Positions 47,932 through 55,164 of a stretch of 55,553 nucleotides of DNA are shown here, in pieces. The stretch is taken from contig CAYVYJ010000001.1 in the NCBI GenBank assembly GCA_964455085.1, forward strand, positions 84,475-140,027, read 5' to 3'. This DNA is from an uncultured Planctomycetia bacterium. Its GTDB lineage: Bacteria; Omnitrophota; Gorgyraeia; Duberdicusellales; 4484-171. The position numbers and the translations under genes were made by a program. The notes under the pieces are model-generated. The model was given only the letters and a program-made list of their open reading frames with translations, made no database searches and was not told the origin of the DNA. Every line of letters begins with the position of its first letter. Positions within the stretch are counted from its first letter, which is position 1.

Positions 47932-49345
47932 CAGGTAAGGGTTTAAGAAGAGGAAAGAGAATTACATCTCTTATCGAAGGCTGATTGAGCAGAAGCATTA
48001 TCAACCTATCCATGCCTATTCCTAAGCCAGCAGCCGGAGGCATACCGTATTCTAAGCTAAGTAAAAAGTCTTTATCGACCTTTTTTGGTAACTCTTCTTC
48101 GACTGCTAATTGTTTATTAAAACGTTCCTTTTGCTCAAGAGGGTCGTTTAACTCAGAATAGGCATTGGCGATCTCAAGCCCTCCGATAAATAATTCAAAC
48201 CTCTCCACCAAATTTGGATTACCTTTCTTGGTTTTAGCTAAAGGAGAAGTCCAGGTAAAAAAATCAACAATAAATGCCGGCTTATTAAGCGGAAAATTCT
48301 TCTCAATCAGCTCTTCGGTTATGTTAAGAATCTGACTACGGCTCAAAGTCTTAGCTAAATTTAACTTCTTACTTAGCTTCTTAAACATAATATCCTGGGA
48401 ATCACTCTCTTTTATGCCGAACTCCTGCTTGAAGATTTCAGCAAAAGAAATTCTCTGCCAGGGTGGAGTAAGATCTATCTTTTTGCCCTGATACTCCAAA
48501 ACTAATGAAGAGTTTATCTGATCAGCAAGATGGGAAAATAAATCCTCACAGACTTTCATCATATACTGATAATTCTCATAGGCACAATAAGCTTCCAGCA
48601 TAGTGAACTCGGGATTGTGCCGGGTGGAAACTCCTTCGTTACGAAAGCTTCGGTTTATCTCATATACCTTCTCTAATCCTCCCACTAAAAGACGTTTAAG
48701 ATACAGCTCAGGGGCAATTCGCAGATAGACGTCACTGTCTGTGGCATTATGGAAGGTGGCAAATGGCCGACCAGCTGCTCCTCCGGCAACCCGATGTAAC
48801 ATCGGAGTCTCAACCTCCATATACTCAAGGCGGTTAAAAAAATCTCTGGTTAAAGAAATTATCTGAGAGCGCCTCTTAAATACTTCTTTGACTTCCGGAT
48901 TAGAAATCAAATCAAGGTAGCGCCGGCGGTATCTTGCCTCAACATCTTTTAAACCATGCCACTTCTCCGGCAAGGGCTTGAGGGCTTTAGCTAAAAGTTT
49001 TAACTCACTGACTAAAACCGTAGGTTCACCGGTGCGGGTAGTAAATAACTTACCCTTAACCCCAATAATATCTCCGATATCAATATCCTTAAAAAGCTGG
49101 AAAATCTCACCTAAAGTATTAGCCCGGGCATAAATCTGTAATTTCCCGCTGTGGTCACTGATATGGGCAAACCCGGATTTACCGTGTTCCCGCTTGGTGA
49201 TTAACCTTCCGGCAATTGATACTTCCTTTTCCTCTTTAAAAGATTTAAGTATATCCTTGATAGCCAAGGGTTTAGAGAACTGGGTTACCTCAAAAGGAAA
49301 ACCGAATTTTTGACTAATTTTCTTTAATTTTTCAATATTCTCCAT
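47921..49345 (-). CDS. lysS: Lysine--tRNA ligase (class II)
   Basis: OB-fold anticodon-binding domain, then class II motifs (FRNEG, GLGIGMDRL); 474 aa. Confidence 0.95.
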   Translation of the reverse strand: MENIEKLKKISQKFGFPFEVTQFSKPLAIKDILKSFKEEKEVSIAGRLITKREHGKSGFAHISDHSGKLQIYARANTLGEIFQLFKDIDIGDIIGVKGKLFTTRTGEPTVLVSELKLLAKALKPLPEKWHGLKDVEARYRRRYLDLISNPEVKEVFKRRSQIISLTRDFFNRLEYMEVETPMLHRVAGGAAGRPFATFHNATDSDVYLRIAPELYLKRLLVGGLEKVYEINRSFRNEGVSTRHNPEFTMLEAYCAYENYQYMMKVCEDLFSHLADQINSSLVLEYQGKKIDLTPPWQRISFAEIFKQEFGIKESDSQDIMFKKLSKKLNLAKTLSRSQILNITEELIEKNFPLNKPAFIVDFFTWTSPLAKTKKGNPNLVERFELFIGGLEIANAYSELNDPLEQKERFNKQLAVEEELPKKVDKDFLLSLEYGMPPAAGLGIGMDRLIMLLLNQPSIRDVILFPLLKPLPDDT

Positions 49346-49354
49346 AACTTATAG

Positions 49355-49383
49355 ATTATATATAATATATCTCCTACTGTCAA
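49355..49383 (-). promoter_or_regulatory. Consensus sigma70-type promoter for lysS (TTGACA-N17-TATAAT)
   Basis: The minus strand reads TTGACA gtaggagatatattata TATAAT ctataagtt ATG. The -35 box is at 49383-49378 and the -10 box at 49360-49355, with the lysS ATG at 49345. Confidence 0.6.
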
Positions 49384-49411
49384 ACTAAATCCCTGCTTAC
49401 CTATATTAACC

Positions 49412-50338
49412 CTACTTAAATAAATGGCAATAAACAAAGTGTCCCGGCTCAACCTCTCTCCGCTCACATTCATGCTTACACTCGGGCTTCTTTTGCGAGC
49501 AACGCGCTAGAAAAGGACAGCCGCAGGGTAATGCAATCTCTTCCTTTAAATATTTCAGCTTCTGCTGGGAAGCCTTTTTTAATAATTTAGTATAAGGATG
49601 AAGCGGGTTATTATAAATTAAATCCCGGGGACCGTACTCCATAATCTTACCCCGGTACATAATAAAACAATAGTGAGATATCTTCTTTAATAATTTAAGG
49701 TTATGAGAAATAAACAAAAAAGTTACCCCTAACTCCTGCTGCAACTTAACTAATAATTGCATAATTTTAGAGGCCGTAGTAACGTCTAAGCTGGATGTTG
49801 GTTCATCAAGAATTACTAATGGCGGTCTGTTGATAAGGCTTCGGGCAATGCATACCCGCTGAACTTGTCCGCCGCTTAATTGATCCGGCACCCGCTCCAT
49901 TACGTCTTCCTCTAACTCAACCTCGGCTAAAGCTTGTTTTATCAACTCCCGGCTCTCAGATTTCTTTATTTTTTTACTTGTCCCGTCTTTAGCGGGGAAA
50001 ACCGCTACGGCTTCATACAAAGAATAAAATACGCTATAGCGGGGGTCAAGGCTTGAGAAAGGATTTTGAAAAACGATTTGGATATTTTTTCTTATAACGG
50101 GAAAATTATCCTTTAAAACTATATTCTTGCCTTGAAAGTAGATTTCCCCTGCTTGGGGCCGGTAAAAACTTAAAATCGTCCTGGCCAAAGTAGTTTTACC
50201 ACACCCGCTCTCACCGGCCAAGGAGGTTACTAAGCCTTTTTTTAAAAAGATATCGACACCATCTAAGGCTTTAATAACTCTGCCTTTCTGCTGAAAATGG
50301 ACCTTTAAATTACTGGTCTTTAATAAAATCTCCGGCAT
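49412..50338 (-). CDS. Oligopeptide/dipeptide/nickel-type ABC ATPase (OppF/DppF-like)
   Basis: Walker A GESGCGKTT, LSGGQVQR and ILDEPTS. It has a Cys-rich C-terminal extension (CGCPFLARCSQKKPECKHEC). Confidence 0.88.
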   Translation of the reverse strand: MPEILLKTSNLKVHFQQKGRVIKALDGVDIFLKKGLVTSLAGESGCGKTTLARTILSFYRPQAGEIYFQGKNIVLKDNFPVIRKNIQIVFQNPFSSLDPRYSVFYSLYEAVAVFPAKDGTSKKIKKSESRELIKQALAEVELEEDVMERVPDQLSGGQVQRVCIARSLINRPPLVILDEPTSSLDVTTASKIMQLLVKLQQELGVTFLFISHNLKLLKKISHYCFIMYRGKIMEYGPRDLIYNNPLHPYTKLLKKASQQKLKYLKEEIALPCGCPFLARCSQKKPECKHECERREVEPGHFVYCHLFK

Positions 50339-50340
50339 CT

Positions 50341-51126
50341 TTACTCTTCTAAATCCTTAAAAGAAGTTAATAAGCTCCTGGTATAATCGTCCTTAGGATT
50401 ACTGAACAGTTCTTCTCGTTCCTTAATCTCTCTTACCTCTCCCTGATAAAGTACCACTACCCGGTCGCATAAAGCTCTCACCAGGTCAAGATTGTGAGTA
50501 ATAAAAATTATAGTTAATTTAAGTTTATCTCTTAACTCTTTAAATAAGTGGACAATCTGGCTTTCAATAGTTACATCTAAAGAACTTGTCGGCTCATCAG
50601 CAATTAAAACTGTTGGTTTATGAGCAACAGCCATAGCTATTGCTACTCGCTGCAATTGTCCTCCGCTTAACTGGTGAGGATAGCTGTTTAAAATTCTCGC
50701 CGGTTCCCTGACCCGGGCTTTATCCAAAGAATCAAAGATTATTCTTTCTCTTGCTGTTTTAGACTTAACCCTCAACTTATTTTTAAGAATCTCGTTAAAT
50801 TGATAATTTATGCTTAATACCGGATTAAAAGTGTTGGCTGGTTCTTGAAAAATTAACCCGATTTTATTCCCTCTTAATGCTTCTGATTCCTGCTCCTTGA
50901 GCTTAAAGATATTCTGACCTTGAAAAATTATCTCACCCTCACCTTTAATACTGGGAGGCAGAAGATTGAGGATTGAAAGAGCAAGAGTACTCTTACCACT
51001 GCCGGACTCACCGACTATACCTAGGATCTCACCCTGATTAACTCCCCAGCTAACTCCCTTTAAGGCATTAACATATCTAGTTTTAGCCTGATATGATACA
51101 CTTAGTTTTTTTGTTTCTAAAATCAT
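50341..51126 (-). CDS. Oligopeptide/dipeptide/nickel-type ABC ATPase (OppD/DppD-like)
   Basis: Walker A GESGSGKST, LSGGQLQR and IADEPTS. Confidence 0.88.
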   Translation of the reverse strand: MILETKKLSVSYQAKTRYVNALKGVSWGVNQGEILGIVGESGSGKSTLALSILNLLPPSIKGEGEIIFQGQNIFKLKEQESEALRGNKIGLIFQEPANTFNPVLSINYQFNEILKNKLRVKSKTARERIIFDSLDKARVREPARILNSYPHQLSGGQLQRVAIAMAVAHKPTVLIADEPTSSLDVTIESQIVHLFKELRDKLKLTIIFITHNLDLVRALCDRVVVLYQGEVREIKEREELFSNPKDDYTRSLLTSFKDLEE

Positions 51127-52178
51127 AATATCCTTCGCTTGGGATCTAAGATGTCACGTAGAGTATCCCCCAGTAGATTAAAACAAACAACCGTAACCAC
51201 AATAAAGGCACCGGGAATTAAAATCCAAGGAAAAAGACGAATATTTACTATGCCTAAGCTGGAACTTAATAGGTTTCCCCAACTTGCCTCAGGTTCCTGG
51301 ATACCTAAACCAATAAGGCTTAATCCAGCCTCACCTAAGATGTAAGCCGGAATACGCAAGACTACGGCAACCAGGGCATAAGATAAAGTATGAGGAAGGA
51401 TATGGCGAATAATTATCTTAAAATGTTTAATACCGATTGCTTTAGCGGCATAGATAAATTCATTCTCACGCAAAGACATAGCCATACCGCGGATGATACG
51501 AGCAGTAGCCGCCCAGCCAATAAACGAAAGGATAACTATAATTAAAATATAGACTTGGGTCGAAGTTAAATTAGGAGGAAATGAGGCCCGTAGAGCTAAC
51601 ATAAGATAAAAAGAAGGGATCATCATTACCATCTCACAAATACGCATAGTAAAGTTATCTACTCTTCCTCCAAAGTATCCGGATAGGCCTCCGATGATTA
51701 AACCAATGAATAAAGATATGGCCGCACCAATTAATCCTATCGAGAGTGAAATCCTTCCTCCATAAAGAATACGGGTGAAGATATCCCGCCCTTTTAAATC
51801 TGCTCCTAGAAGATAAATTTTGCCTTCCCCTACACCGAATAAATGCCAATCACTCTCCCAGAGTCCTAAAAACTTATACTTAAACCCCTTAGTAAAGAAC
51901 TTAATCGGGTAAATTTTACTCTTATCTTCCTGATAAATTCTCTGATAGTACTCATTAATCTCATAGGTCTGTCCATAGATGAAGGGCCCGAATTGTTTCT
52001 TTTCAAGGTTTAGGAAATGTATCTTTGTCGGCGGTGTATAGGAGTGCAGGATATCATCGTCATCGTAAGGATAAGGAGCAAAGAAAGGAGCAAAAATTAC
52101 TGAAAAATAAAGAATTATCAAGACAAAAAAGGCTATCCGGCCCAGCTTATTCTTGATAATTTCTTTTAAAATCCTCAT
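51123..52178 (-). CDS. Opp/Dpp-type ABC permease (OppC/DppC-like)
   Basis: BPD-transporter permease with an EAA-like loop (YAAKAIGIKHFKII.RHILP). Confidence 0.88.
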   Translation of the reverse strand: MRILKEIIKNKLGRIAFFVLIILYFSVIFAPFFAPYPYDDDDILHSYTPPTKIHFLNLEKKQFGPFIYGQTYEINEYYQRIYQEDKSKIYPIKFFTKGFKYKFLGLWESDWHLFGVGEGKIYLLGADLKGRDIFTRILYGGRISLSIGLIGAAISLFIGLIIGGLSGYFGGRVDNFTMRICEMVMMIPSFYLMLALRASFPPNLTSTQVYILIIVILSFIGWAATARIIRGMAMSLRENEFIYAAKAIGIKHFKIIIRHILPHTLSYALVAVVLRIPAYILGEAGLSLIGLGIQEPEASWGNLLSSSLGIVNIRLFPWILIPGAFIVVTVVCFNLLGDTLRDILDPKRRIL

Positions 52179-52181
52179 AGT

Positions 52182-53153
52182 TTAAGTCTTCTCGTATCTT
52201 ATCCTCGGGTCAAAGTAAGCTAGAAGAATATCAGCAACTAAATTGCCTAAGATAAGTAAAGCTCCTCCGGCTAAAACTGAACCCATAACTAAATATATAT
52301 CTTGGGAACGTACAGCCTCTAAGGTTACTACCCCTAAACCTGGCCAGCCAATAATAATCTCAACCAAAGCAGCGCCACTTAGCAAGCTTGAGAATTGATA
52401 ACCAAAAATAGTAATCATCGGGTTTAGAGCATTCTTTAAGGCGTGAATATAAAGAATTCTCACCTTAGGAAGCCCTCTAGCTTTTGCTCCTAAGATATAA
52501 GGAGAACCTAAGACCTCTAGGAGATTTGCCCTCATTATTCTCTGGAGAACACAAATACTTCCCAATGAGAGAACTAGGGTAGGAATGATTAGGTGCTTTC
52601 CAATATCAATTATCTTATTGAGAAGGCTAAATTCCTCGAATTTTATCGAGCGCATCCCCCCTAGAGGAAGCCAGCCAGTAAAAGTAGCCAGATAGAGAAA
52701 TATAAAGGCCAAAAAGAACGAAGGAGCAGATATACCCAAATAAGAAGTAAAAGATAAAAACCGATCAGTAAATTTATTTCGCTTTAGGGCAGCAATTACC
52801 CCTAGGGGAATAACAAATATCCAGGTAAAGATAAGTGATGATAATGAGAGTATAAAGGTATTAAAGAGGCGGGATGAGACAACATCAAAGACTTTAGCCT
52901 TAAAAGAAAACGAATAGCCAAAATCCCCTTTTAGGATATTTTTTAGCCATACGAAGTATTGGACCATAAGAGGCTTATCAAGATGGAATTTTTGCTCATA
53001 TAGCTCAATGGCATCTTGGGAAACTTGGGGATTTAGCCTTAATTTGTCTAAGAAATCTCCGGGGGCAATCTGAATAAAAACAAATGTAAGGAAGGTTATT
53101 CCTAAGAGTAAGGGCAAAGAAAAAACTAGTCGCTTTAAGATAAAACGGCCCAT
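52182..53153 (-). CDS. Opp/Dpp-type ABC permease (OppB/DppB-like)
   Basis: The N-terminus MGRFILKRL is typical of OppB, with the loop YILGAKARGL. The ORF-track start at 53159 is a TTG; I prefer the ATG at 53153. Confidence 0.88.
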   Translation of the reverse strand: MGRFILKRLVFSLPLLLGITFLTFVFIQIAPGDFLDKLRLNPQVSQDAIELYEQKFHLDKPLMVQYFVWLKNILKGDFGYSFSFKAKVFDVVSSRLFNTFILSLSSLIFTWIFVIPLGVIAALKRNKFTDRFLSFTSYLGISAPSFFLAFIFLYLATFTGWLPLGGMRSIKFEEFSLLNKIIDIGKHLIIPTLVLSLGSICVLQRIMRANLLEVLGSPYILGAKARGLPKVRILYIHALKNALNPMITIFGYQFSSLLSGAALVEIIIGWPGLGVVTLEAVRSQDIYLVMGSVLAGGALLILGNLVADILLAYFDPRIRYEKT

Positions 53154-53174
53154 AACCAATCAGTGGGAGAAATC

Positions 53175-53474
53175 TTACACAACCATTGCCAAAGGAAAAG
53201 ATAATCCTTCACGAAACTCAACTCCTGCCCGCCACTCCTCAGGAGTCTTACTGCACCAGCGCACTATCCCTTCGACCGATAAAGGTGTCTTGGTTTTAGT
53301 ACAAATATTTAGGCGTAAACGAGTTTTAACCGGTAAGTATTCAAGGCTGGCTATACCGGCACCTCTGGCACTTAAGTCATAACATTTTATTCCTGAAGAT
53401 ACATTATTACTGTCAATGCATGAAGCTAAGACATTACAAGGATGTCTTTCAAATATTCTTCTTTCATTAACCAT
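53175..53474 (-). CDS. Single-domain PilZ protein
   Basis: 99 aa with RxxxR (RIFER) and DxSxxG (DLSARG). The SD AAGGTGG lies upstream. Confidence 0.75.
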   Translation of the reverse strand: MVNERRIFERHPCNVLASCIDSNNVSSGIKCYDLSARGAGIASLEYLPVKTRLRLNICTKTKTPLSVEGIVRWCSKTPEEWRAGVEFREGLSFPLAMVV

Positions 53475-53526
53475 TAAATACCACCTTTTTTATTTTAACA
53501 CAGCTAATTTCTTTTTCTACATCTAC

Positions 53527-53547
53527 GGTTAAAGTGAAGCCGAAACC
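53527..53547. repeat. Possible decayed REP-like copy
   Basis: ggttaaagtgaagccgaaacc keeps the GGTT...AACC ends and the 21-nt length, but the stem no longer pairs. Confidence 0.3.
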
Positions 53548-53559
53548 AGATTTTTAAAA

Positions 53560-53625
53560 GGGCCAGGCAAGGAGCTCCCACCAGCCACGGAAAAGGTAAA
53601 CTCCTTGTTAATTTTAACCTGGCCC
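53560..53625 (-). terminator. Long compound GC-rich hairpin with flanking T-runs (terminator-like; possibly a structured RNA)
   Basis: The outer stem gggccagg/cctggccc and inner stem caaggag/ctccttg enclose a 26-nt loop, with a 10-nt bulge on one arm. On the gene strand it is followed by TTTTAAAAAT, about 60 nt after the PilZ-142 stop. Confidence 0.4.
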
Positions 53626-53683
53626 AATATTTTTTTAATACCCTCTACTGCTATTTTAACAAAAAAAATAATTTTCCCTAATA

Positions 53684-54112
53684 TCATTTTGATTTTTTCT
53701 CAATTATTTTAGAATTTTCTTGCGAATCGATAGAAGTATTCCGCCACCAAATCTTTCCTCTTAATTCATCAGCAAAATTCCTCTCTATATATGCAAGAAT
53801 TCTCTCTTTGTTAGCATCTCTTATCCTGGTAAATAAAATACCGCAAAATAGATTATCATTTTCCTGACTATTCCAAATCACCTCACCTAAAGCATTAATA
53901 TCGCCATACTCACCGGGTATATTTATTTGCAACTTAATTTCTTCTCCCACTAAAAGCGGACTTAAAGGGCTGAATTTAACTCCTCTTAAGCTTAAATCCA
54001 ATAATCTTGCTTCTTGAAACTGATCAGACTCAAGCAAACTATACCTTAAAGGTATATCCACCTTCCAACGATATCCCATCCTGGTCTTCACTCTTTTTTC
54101 TTCTACTTTCAT
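53684..54112 (-). CDS. PilZ-domain protein with a C-terminal extension
   Basis: 142 aa with RxxxR (RVKTR) and DxSxxG (DLSLRG). Confidence 0.75.
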   Translation of the reverse strand: MKVEEKRVKTRMGYRWKVDIPLRYSLLESDQFQEARLLDLSLRGVKFSPLSPLLVGEEIKLQINIPGEYGDINALGEVIWNSQENDNLFCGILFTRIRDANKERILAYIERNFADELRGKIWWRNTSIDSQENSKIIEKKSK

Positions 54113-54124
54113 CTCTTTCTGCCC

Positions 54125-54145
54125 GGTTTAGGATTCGCCTAAACC
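54125..54145. repeat. REP-like palindromic element (T-stem, loop ATTCG)
   Basis: ggtttaggattcgcctaaacc is identical to 46062-46082. It lies 12 nt upstream of the PilZ-142 ATG. Confidence 0.85.
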
Positions 54146-54155
54146 AGATTTTAAA

Positions 54156-54180
54156 TACTTGCACACCCGGTGTGCAAGTA
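54156..54180. repeat. Perfect 25-nt palindrome TACTTGCACACC-C-GGTGTGCAAGTA (copy A)
   Basis: The 12+1+12 inverted repeat was read directly. It lies 43 nt upstream of the PilZ-142 ATG. A 25-nt block (54158-54182) is identical to 55064-55088. Confidence 0.9.
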
Positions 54181-54233
54181 TCCCCTCGCTTGTTTTTTCT
54201 CTTGTTTCTTCCATCCCTCTCACCTCTCTACCC

Positions 54234-54254
54234 GGTTGAGGCTTAGCCTCAACC
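54234..54254. repeat. REP-like palindromic element (G-stem variant, loop CTTAG)
   Basis: ggttgaggcttagcctcaacc is the same architecture with a compensated T>G / A>C stem change. It contains the stop codon of the 225-aa ORF. Confidence 0.85.
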
Positions 54255-54926
54255 GCTCTTTCCCCCACCCCGGGGGTGTACTTTTTGGTTTGACTTTTTG
54301 TCCGGTTTAGGCGAATCTTCAACCGAAGGTTTAGCCTCAATTATCTCGGCAGCGCGGGTGAGTTCGTCTAAGGCTTGGGTGAGGTTTTGTTTGTCCTTAT
54401 AAAAATCCCAAGCTGACTGGCCATAGGAAAGTTTTGGTTTATATATTAACCAGCCAGCTTTTGTGTATGTATTTTGGATAGGTTTAGGACATCTTTTTAA
54501 ACCAAAGGGGAAATACATTGAAGGAGCCAAGAGGTTTTGAGTTTGGAGAGTGTTAGGCTTAAGCAAAAGGTAAGCTTCCATGCCTCCTGGGCAACCCGGA
54601 TGATGCTCTATGACTTTAAATATTGCTTCTCTCCGTTTATGTTGCCCTTCAAACTGCCCACATATAAATATAGGACCCGACTGTTCGTTCCATTGATTGC
54701 CGGTAATTTCCTGCAAATTAAAAAATATTGACTCTACAAATTTACTCTTCATTAACCATCCTGAAAAGCATAGTATTGACAAATAACGTATTAAAACAAG
54801 TACTCCGAAGATGGTCAGCATCCCCAAAACAATCCCCCCCAATGTTGCTCCGCCGGTTAATGTACTGAACAGTGAACCTGCGCCAAGTGTAACAGGAAGT
54901 ATTGATAAAACAACAAAGCCTTTCAT
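54249..54926 (-). CDS. Hypothetical membrane protein (2 N-terminal TM segments plus a soluble domain; no family recognised)
   Basis: 225-aa ORF with AAGGAGA 7 nt upstream of the ATG. The last ~35 codons and the stop run through repeat elements, so the native C-terminus is uncertain. Confidence 0.6.
   Translation of the reverse strand: MKGFVVLSILPVTLGAGSLFSTLTGGATLGGIVLGMLTIFGVLVLIRYLSILCFSGWLMKSKFVESIFFNLQEITGNQWNEQSGPIFICGQFEGQHKRREAIFKVIEHHPGCPGGMEAYLLLKPNTLQTQNLLAPSMYFPFGLKRCPKPIQNTYTKAGWLIYKPKLSYGQSAWDFYKDKQNLTQALDELTRAAEIIEAKPSVEDSPKPDKKSNQKVHPRGGGKSG
54304..54340. repeat. Degenerate or composite REP-like copies inside the 3' end of the 225-aa ORF
   Basis: ggtttaggcgaatcttcaacc has a right arm with 2 mismatches and is followed by the loop-less remnant ggtttagcctcaa. 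Confidence 0.6.
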
Positions 54927-55063
54927 TTTTGCATCTCCTTTTTTGTTTTCGTCAAAAGGTTAATTCAAACCCGAATCAATCTCTTTTCTTATCTTTAGCG
55001 AACGGGTTTCAGGATCATATTCGTAATAAATAGACTCAGATACACCCTGCAACTAACCAACTT

Positions 55064-55088
55064 CTTGCACACCCGGTGTGCAAGTATC
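55064..55088. repeat. Second copy of the CTTGCACACC-C-GGTGTGCAAG palindrome (copy B)
   Basis: Identical 25-nt block. It lies 137 nt upstream of the ATG of the 225-aa ORF. Confidence 0.9.
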
Positions 55089-55138
55089 TCAACCGCTCTT
55101 TTGTTCTTCACTCTTCCATCTCCTTCGCCTTCTTACCC

Positions 55139-55159
55139 GGTTGAGGCTTAGCCTCAACC
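55139..55159. repeat. REP-like palindromic element (G-stem variant, loop CTTAG)
   Basis: Identical to 54234-54254. It lies 5 nt after the stop of the 128-aa ORF. Confidence 0.85.
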
Positions 55160-55164
55160 GCATT

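Noticed and set aside
54128-54214. A possible 28-aa small ORF (MEETREKTSEGILAHRVCKYLKSGLGES) with a good SD (GAGGTGAGAGGG) inside module copy A. I also considered a type I toxin-antitoxin reading.
   Set aside because: The equivalent ATG in module copy B is followed by a stop after 3 codons (ATG GAA GAG TGA). The peptide is hydrophilic, unlike type I toxins. Conservation between copies is at the DNA palindrome level, not in a reading frame.
54128-54340. A 70-aa minus-strand ORF spanning the spacer between the 225-aa ORF and PilZ-142.
   Set aside because: Its translation is simply a read-through of REP hairpins, the purine tract and the palindrome. It also overlaps the 3' end of the 225-aa ORF in another frame. 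It is best explained by non-coding repeats.
54927-55088. A sigma54 promoter downstream of the TGCAC-N7-GTGCA dyads, which would make them an enhancer-binding-protein site.
   Set aside because: No GG-N10-GC (-24/-12) element is present between either palindrome and the downstream ATG. The closest string, TTGGTTAGTTGCA, has the wrong spacing.
54125-55159. Whether the clustered palindromic repeats are a CRISPR array or integron attC sites flanking cassettes.
   Set aside because: The repeats are 21-nt hairpins at irregular spacing, with genes between them and no constant spacer length, so they are not CRISPR. The arms are 5 nt apart and do not fit the RYYYAAC...GTTRRRY attC core (GTTGAGG and CCTCAAC miss the consensus). 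No integrase is present.
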